Source: an uncultured Pseudomonadales bacterium (GTDB lineage: Bacteria; Patescibacteriota; Microgenomatia; UBA1400; PJMF01). From it: a DNA stretch of 43,883 bases. The stretch is from positions 1-43,883 of the forward strand of contig CAYMVN010000001.1 in the NCBI GenBank assembly GCA_964394125.1, given 5' to 3'. Both the position numbers and the translations under genes were made by a program. The notes under the pieces are model-generated. The model was not told the origin of the DNA, did no database searches, and saw only the letters and a program-made list of their open reading frames with translations. The stretch's first letter is position 1; each line of letters starts with the position of its first letter. Shown piece by piece: positions 8,041 through 17,000 of the stretch.

Positions 8041-11000
8041 ATGACTGCCCAAGAAGTGTATCTCACAAGCGTAAACAAGCTTTTTTCAACATTTTTGTTG
8101 TCTCTTGATCTGACCGCTGAAGAGAAGAAACATGCTGAAGCACTATTTGTACAGCTACTTTCTCGTCTCGCTGCGAACGCTTCCACTGCATCGGTCGCAG
8201 AGTTCCTGAATGGGCAAAAGGGAGCAGCTCGAGAGATCTCAGCGGCATACGCTAGTGTGCAACAGTTTGTCGGCAGCGTCCCGCTCTCCCAGAGTAAAAT
8301 TCTACTCCATGAATATGTATTAGCACTCACTAGCGGAGACTGCTCAAATGCCACCATAAGGAATTATCGCAGTGATATCAACCAATTTTTACATTTCACC
8401 AATGAAGACCAGCTGGCAAAGACACTAACAAAACAAAAAGTCCTCGAGTTCATCCGTGCACAGAAGTCAGCTCAGCTCTCGGCGGCCACCGTCAAGAGAA
8501 AGTTAGTCAGCTTAGCACAGTTTGGGCTGTGGCTTGAATCCATCGGCGCGCTGCCGCTGGGTAGCTGCAGCTGGCTCGTAGAGCTCAGCCATACAGCACA
8601 TGACACAGTCACAGAGCCTGCCAAGCAGCCTGTCGAAGAGAAGCTTCCAGTACATAAGAAGCGACTCCGCTTTCCGCTTGCTAGTCTTGCCCCAGCACTC
8701 TTTGCTCAAAAACACGAACGAAAAACAAACTCAGGTCAAGAGTACTCTGAGCAGATAAAAAGAAATGTACGGTTACTACAAAGTACCTTACAAAAAAGAT
8801 CCAGCTCATTTTTTTCTCGATACGCCAATCTGGCGATGATACTGCTCTTCCTACTGTCATTTTCCTACTTTGGATACAAACAGTTATTCATCACGCCTGA
8901 CAAACCATTAGCATTCCCCTCGACACTAACTCGCCCAAATCGAACACTTTCTTTCCAGGGAAGATTAACTGATACAGCACAAAATCCTATCACTGCAGCG
9001 ACAAACTTTAGATTCAAATTGTTTGATTCTGGCCCAAGTACCGGAAGTGGTACTCAGTTGTGGGATTCTGGTGTGTGTAGCGTTACTCCAGATCAAGATG
9101 GTATCTTTTCTACCGGCTTAGGCTCAGACTGTGGCTCTGAGATTGCCTCATCAGTTTTCAGTGAGAATGCCAATGTCTGGCTTGAAGTAACGGTCGCTTC
9201 TGAGACACTCTCTCCTCGGCAAAGTATCAAGAGTGTTGCCTACGCGCTCAACTCTGAAACACTGCAGGGCTTCCCACCAGCTGATCCGGCAACAGCAAAC
9301 ACAGTACTCGTTATGAACAGTAGTGGCGAAGTTGTGCTGGGAAGTGCGACACCTAAAATTAAGGCTTCGAGTACTTCTCTTACTCTAGAAGGCACAACGC
9401 TCACCATGCAAGCTACCAGTGGCTCAAACGGGAATGTCGTTCTTGACCCTGATGGAACTGGTATTGTTATCGCCAAAGACTACATCGCTGCACCAGGAGC
9501 AACGCTCTCTGCAACCTATGCTGGTGGTACAGCACTCGTCACTAAAGGCGGACCCACTGGCACAGCAGACATTCAACAGTGGCAGAATAGCGCAGGAACT
9601 GCTCTCAGTGTAGTGAATGCTTCGGGTAATTTTGGTATTGGCACTTCAAGTCCTGGAATGAAACTCGATGTAGTGGGAGGCACAGCGAGAGTTGTATCTA
9701 GTGGCACTCCACTGGCTACTAGTTATGATCTCTCAATTCAAAACCCGGCGAGTAGTCAAACATGGTTAGAAATCTTAAATAATGGCGGAACAAATAAGGG
9801 TGCTTTCTTTGGTATGTGGAACGACTCATTCCAGCTGTGGAACTATCAAGCTGGTGATATCTCTTTCTATACAAATACGTCTGCATCGAATGGAACTGAA
9901 CGATTACGAATCGAGAATAACGGTAATATTGCGGTTGGCACAACAGGCACTGCCAACTTCTTACTTGATGTCAACGGAACTGTCGGCCCACACGTTGATA
10001 GTAGCTACAATCTGGGATCTTTAACCTATGCATGGGCTAATATATATGGCGATGCGTTGTACCAGAATGGCTATCAAGTCTGTGACAGTAGTGGCAACTG
10101 CCCGAGCGCTGGATACTGGAGACAGTTAAATGGCGCACTCTCCCCAATGAATGACACCGTTGATCTGCTCATCGGAGCCAGTGCTACAACTTCCGCGAAG
10201 TTTGCCTTCATGAACGTAAACTCTGGCACACCAACTGCAAGTATCTCAGGAAACTTAGCAGTTGCAGTACCAACAGGCGCAAATCCAGCAACTACCTATA
10301 CTGCACTCAACGGTGGCAGTATTAATTTCCAAACATCTGTCGGTGGTCCAAGTGGCGCAAGCTCTGGACTCTTCATTAAGAATGATGGCAATATCGGAAT
10401 TGGCTCTGTCAGTCCTGCAGCAAAGCTTGATGTCGCTGGTACGATCAGAAACAACTCATATACTGCTTTTGGTGCTGATACCGGTTCTGCACAGTGGGGA
10501 CTAAACTCTGCACGAGGTATTAATGTTATACATACTGCTGCCCCCGCTGCAGGGACTGGCTCAGTTGGTATCCGTTCTGAAATCACCCGAACTTCAGATG
10601 GCACCGGCAGCACAATCAATGCTGCCTACTATGGACGCCCCCTCATCAATGCTTCTGGCTTAACCGTTGATGAGAATGCTACATACTATGCAGCCAATGG
10701 CTCTATAACTGCTGGTACTATGACAAATCAATATGGTTTGTATGTAGCGGGGCTTTCTGGTGCAACAAATAACTATGCTGTGTACACCGCAAGTACTACC
10801 AAGTCATATTTTGGTGGCAATGTTGGTATCGGTACAACAAATCCTGCTAACTTTAAATTGCAACTCACGGGTGATATTGGGCCCACCACTACTGCTACCT
10901 ATAGCTTGGGCTCAGCTACCTATAAGTGGAATAATATCTACGGGACAACTATCTACCAGGGTGCGAACCAAGTTTGTGACACGAGTGGAAACTGTGGAAG

Positions 11001-14000
11001 CGGCAGCATCTGGGCCAACACTGCTAATGTATACCATCCGTATAATGCGAATGCCACAGTTGCTGACCTCGTTATTGGTGGCAACTCCACTGCCAGTGCT
11101 GACTTTAGGGTGACGGGCTTAGGCAACGGTTCAACTGACCTCGCTGGTTACACCTATGGTAGACGCTTCCTTGATATTGACTCGACTAACTATTATGTAG
11201 AGCCAGGCAACACAACAACTGCAGGTGCGTTTGCCAGTAATGTCGGAATCGGCACCACCACCCCCGACTCGCTCCTACATGCCTACTCAAATACGACTGG
11301 TGCATCAACAGTACACGGCAAGTTTGAAAACATAAGTGCGACAGGAAGAGCTCAAGCAGTTGTCTCCAGTGGCACCTACCCAAATAACTTCTTTGCACTT
11401 ATGACACACGGAGCAAGTTTTGCTTCAGATAACTACTTGAGTGATTCCACAAATGATGCTGGTCTTGGCGTCTTACTTGGGCAAGGCTCACAGATGACGA
11501 AGTTTGCTGTTGGAACATACAACAGCACTCCGCTCTCTTTCTTCACTGGCAATACTGAACGCATGTACATTTCTAGCACCGGTAATGTTGGGATCGGGAC
11601 AACAAATCCATCAAGCTTCAAGCTAGAGTTAGCTGGTAACGTCGGCCCCACCACAACTGCAACGTATGACCTCGGCTCAGCTTCACTCAAGTGGAACAAC
11701 ATCTACGGTACAACTATATATCAGGGAGCAAACCAAGTCTGTGATCTTGGGGGAAACTGTGGCCTCGGACTCTGGGAGAACAACAGCAATGTCTTCAACC
11801 CTAAAAATCAGTATGCGTCTATTGTTGACCTAGTAGTTGGCGGCAACTCCACCGCCAGTGCCGACTTCAGGGTGACTGGTCTTGGCAATGGCTCGACAGA
11901 CCTCGCTGGTTACACCTACGGCAGACGCTTCACTGATATTGATGCAACAGGCTATTACGTTGAACCAGGAAACGTCACAACCGCAGGGTTATTTGCTGGC
12001 AACATTGGTGTCGGCACTACAGGCCCTCTTGCAACTGTTGATATCAGAGGGAATGTATACCTGAATGACGGGTCTGCTGGGGCCCCTGCATTCAGCTTCA
12101 ACGCAGATACGAATACAGGGTTCTACCGTCAAGCTAGCGACTTAATTTCATTTGTTGCCAATGGACAGAACGCACTTAATGTTGATGGCTCCACTGGTAC
12201 AGGAAGACTGATGGTTGGAAATGGATATCCTGTCTCACGCTTACAACTGAACGATGATACTGGCACTTCTGCTTCAGGACTTACCCTGGGAAGTACAAGC
12301 CCTATTTCTCTCTACCGCTCAGCTGCAAGTATGTTGGCAATCACCGGTGGTAATGTAGGAATTGGAGAAACAAACCCTGCAAACTTCAAGTTACAACTAC
12401 TGGGAGACATTGGACCGACCACAACTGCTACCTATAACTTGGGCTCGGCTACCTATAAGTGGAACAACATCTACGGTACAACTATCTACCAGGGTGCGAA
12501 CCAAGTCTGTGACATGAGTAACAACTGTGGAACAACGCTTTGGGAGAACAACAGTAATGTCATTAATCCACGAAATCAGTATGCCGCTGTTACTGATCTC
12601 ATCATCGGCGGCAACTCCACTGCCAGTGCTGACTTTAGAGTAACAGGTCTTGGCAATGGTTCAACCGACCTCGCTGGTTACACCTACGGCAGACGCTTCC
12701 TTGATATTGACTCAACTGGCTATTATGTTGAACCGGGAAACATATTCACAGCAGGCTTATTTGCAGGTAATGTTGGAGTTGGTACCACAAACGCAGATAC
12801 AACATTGAAGGTATACAATAGTTCGGCACCAACATTCCAAGTCGCTACTTCTACTACAGCAAATGTCGGATTGTACTACGAAGGCAGTGGAAATGATTTA
12901 TATCTTGGTGGAGACTCTTCTCAAGATGGTAACTTGTACATAAAGAATCTGTCTGGAACCACAACCATTGCGCTGAATGCAGGGAGTGCCACTCATAGTT
13001 ATATCAATAGTGGAGCTAACGTAGGTATTGGAACAACCAACCCCGCTAACTTTAAGCTGCAAGTTGCAGGAGGTGTCGGCCCAACGGTAACCGCAACCTA
13101 TGATCTCGGCTCAGCTACCTATAAGTGGAACAACATCTATGGCACAACTATCTACCAAGGTGCGAACCAAGTCTGTGATACGAGTAATAACTGTGGAACG
13201 CCGCTGTGGGAAAACAATAGCAATGCCTTCAATCCTCGGAATGAGTATGCCTCAATTGCTGATATCGTTGTCGGAGGGAACTCTACCGCCAGTGCTGACT
13301 TTAGAGTAACAGGTCTTGGCAATGGCTCAACCAATCTTGCAGGCTACACCTACGGCAGACGCTTCCTTGACATTGACTCAACTGGCTATTATGTTGAACC
13401 AGGAAATACTTCGATAGCTGGTGCGTTTGCTGGAAACGTTGGTATCGGTACAACAAACCCCGCTGGTTTACTGGAAGTTAAGAGCCCAAATGCCAACTAC
13501 ACCTTTACCACAAGCTCAACGAGTGGCTACACTACCAACTTCCTCATGGATGACACAGGGCTAAGAATTGGTCACAACAGTAGCTCTCGTGATATTGAGT
13601 TCCAGACATCTTCTACCACACGAATGACAATTCTTGGTGGTGGCAATGTTGGTATTGGTACTACCAGCCCGAATAATTTGTTTGAAGTTGCTGCATCTGA
13701 TACCGGTAATACATTCCTCAGTAGCGCGAGTGTTAGAGTTACAAATACGAACTCTGCTGCTTTTGGCAGAATGCAGAGTTTAACCTTTGGTACTGCTGGA
13801 AATTCTAGTTATATTGGTGCTGGTATCGCTGGCATCTACGACAACTGGAATGTTACCAATGGAGCAGGTCATACCCTCGCTTTTTTCACTAAAGACTCAT
13901 CTATTGAGGCTACTCCTTCAGAAAAAATGAGAATTAATAAATCTGGAAACCTAGGCATTGGAACCACTTCACCTGCGGCAAAAATTGAGGTGTATGGAGC

Positions 14001-17000
14001 TACTGAAGGAATTAGAATTACTGGTTCAGGAACAACTGGCGATAGTTCTACTGCTTATCTCACGTTTTACGACTCAAACGGCTCAACAAGAAGAGGTTTT
14101 GTTGGTGATGGGGCAACTAGTAATGATGATATTCACCTCAAAGCAGATACAGGAGATATTCACATTGGAGATTCTAGTAGTGGCACAGTTTTGAACTTAA
14201 GTGGTGGAAATGTCAGTATTGGCACCACTTCAAGTACATTAGGCAAATTAACAGTCATGGGAACAAAAGTACTTGATGGAGCACAGGTTTTTACACAATC
14301 TGTTGCAGATGATACTGCCTACAGTTCCTCTCCTATTGCTGGTATTAGATTTATAACAAAATATAATACTGCTGGTGGACTTGCTGGATTGGGTGGTATA
14401 AATGTGGGTAAAGAAAATACAACAGATGGCGACTACGCATCATACTTAACACTTACCACTCGTACAAATGGATCCTCAATTGCTGAGCGACTGCGCATTG
14501 ATAGTTCTGGAAACGTCAGTATTGGAACAACCTCATCAGCAGCTAAGTTATATACCTACGATGCTGCCGATAATACCATCATTACCGCCGGATACTCAGG
14601 TGCCCGAACGAATCCTCTCTTTTTGGCTACAACAACAACTTCATCAGTTGCTCCAACTGGCTTTGATTTTTATAGTTGGTATAGTGCTTGGGGACCAGTC
14701 TCTGGAGGAATCCGTGGCTCAAGCGGCTCTGGTACTTGGGAATCACAAATTTATGGCACACAGAAACTTGTTCTTAATGCAGGAGGATATAGCTCTAGTA
14801 CTGCTGATATTATGATTGATTTGGCAGGAAATGTGGGGATTGGTACAACATCACCTGGCTCAAAGCTTGACGTAGCTGGAGATATCCGACTCTCAAGTGG
14901 TAGCTCAATAAACAGTGCCGGCTCAGATGTCAGAATTCACACCAATAAAACAGATGATACGGCATACGAGTACTTCAGTTTCTACTCTGGTGCAAGCAGA
15001 CAAGGTATCATACTGTATGACGGTGCATGGACCGGCTGTTCAAACGTAACAGATGAGTTCTGTTTGAAGGCTGAAAATGGCAACCATCTAGCATTTTATA
15101 GTGAGAGTGGTAAAGATATTCGCTTAATACCAGGAGGAAACGTGGGTATTGGGACGACTTCAACTGTTGCAAAACTCACTGTGTATAGTAGTCTTACGGG
15201 TTCTGGAGCAAGCGAGACAATTTCTTCCAATACGTCACTTAGTACTGCCGCAACTGGAGATTATATGGGGTATTGGCTCAACATGAACGCGATTACCGCT
15301 TCATCGGGAACACAGGCACCAACAATGTATGGGCAATACAATACTATTTCAAGAAGCCTTACAGATAATTCAAGTGGCCAAAGTACTGTTTATGGTACAT
15401 ACAGCTCAGCCTCTCAGCTTGCTCTTACAAATAACGTTGGTTCAAAAGTAACGTATGGTGGATACTTTACAGCTACTGGGAACTCACTAGGAAATTCTTT
15501 TGCTATTGGAGTAGCGGCAGACGCGACTGGTACAGATACCTCATATGGTGTGTATACCGGTACTGTTACTGGCACTGATCCCTACTCAATATATACTTCT
15601 GGTACGACAAAAAGCTACTTTGGTGGAAACGTCGGTATTGGTGTTACCGGTCCAGCACAAAAGCTTGATGTGGCTGGTACAATCCAAACTGATCTTGTAG
15701 CATCAACCAATAGCTATGCGCTCTGTCACGAGAACAACGTCACTCTAACTAATCAAGACATTAAAGATTGTAGTGGTACACCAGCTGCTGACTACATGGA
15801 GTTCTATTCTGTGGACACCAACGTTACACCTGGAGACTTACTTGCCCCATCTACCACCTACATCACCACGAATGATGGAGATCAAATTACCAAGTTAACG
15901 AAAACAAACCAGGCCTATCAACGGACAACAATCGGCATAGCATCTGTCCCTGAAAATGCAGGAGACTTTAATAGTATCGGACGCAATATTAAAGATGAGG
16001 ATAACCCATTCCCTGTTGCGCTTAATGGTCGTGTTCTCGTTAAGTTTAGTTCTATAAATGGAACTATTCAACCTGGTGACTATGTAACTTCATCTGATAT
16101 TCCTGGTGTTGCAATGAAAGCAACCAATGCTGGCTGGGTAATCGGTAAAGCGATTGCTTCCTATGCGAACTCAGATACAAGTGCCGTTGGCACCGTCATG
16201 GTTTTCGTCAATTCTGGTTGGTACGACCCTTCCATCCAGTTCAACTCTGAGGGTGAATTGGTGATTAACTCTGCTGGACAAGATACATACACCGTCAGCC
16301 CAGTTGCTGGTTCTCCTCTACAAAATATTGTTGCAGGTGCTACGGCGGTGTTTGGTAAGATTCGCGCTGGCAGCGCCACAATCACCAGCATCACTACCGA
16401 GCAGCTCAATATTTCTGGTCAGAGTATTCAAGAGCTCATTGCCAGCATGATTGATGAGCGAATTGCCGGCTCTGCACTAGTTGCTTCACAGTCTGCGCAA
16501 CTCGAGAGTGTTGTTGCTACTTCAGCTTCAATTTCAGGTACTCTCTCCGCATCAAGAACATCATTGGGTGAACTCCTGGCAGAGACTGCGACAATCTCTG
16601 GCACGTTAACCACGACTGAACTGAACGTAACTGGTAGCTCTCGGCTAGCACAGATCACTGCTCAACAAGCAGTCCTTGAAAGACTCAAGGCAAACACGGC
16701 GGAGCTGTTTGATGCAACAATTTCTGGCACACTCTATGCCGAGAATATTGCGAATCTTGATGCAAAAATTGCTACAGCCATCCAAGAGCCAACCTTTATT
16801 GATGCTCTAACAGGCAACATCCCTTCTCCACCACCTGCTGCGAATCCGTTAACCGTGTACGATACCGTTGCGACAGCAGGCTACACCCCAGTAAACCCAG
16901 AGTTTTTTGCTGAAAATGAAGGTATTTCTCTAGTAAATGGTGATATTCTCCTCGACTCAGCTGCTGTGTTTGTACGCAAGTACTTACAAGTTAACGGACT

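Noticed and set aside
8302-8556. An XerD/integrase-like sequence that could indicate a mobile element or integrase gene.
   Set aside because: Only the N-terminal core-binding (SAM-like) domain pattern is present, embedded in the giant ORF. There is no catalytic R-H-R-Y domain, no att-like flanking repeats and no tRNA target.
10816-13455. Regularly spaced repeats that might be taken for a CRISPR array or a DGR template/variable-repeat pair.
   Set aside because: The repeats are ~445 bp and in-frame coding, with protein-level conservation. That is far longer than CRISPR repeats, and no cas genes are present. No reverse transcriptase gene occurs in the window. The differences between copies are not restricted to adenine positions.
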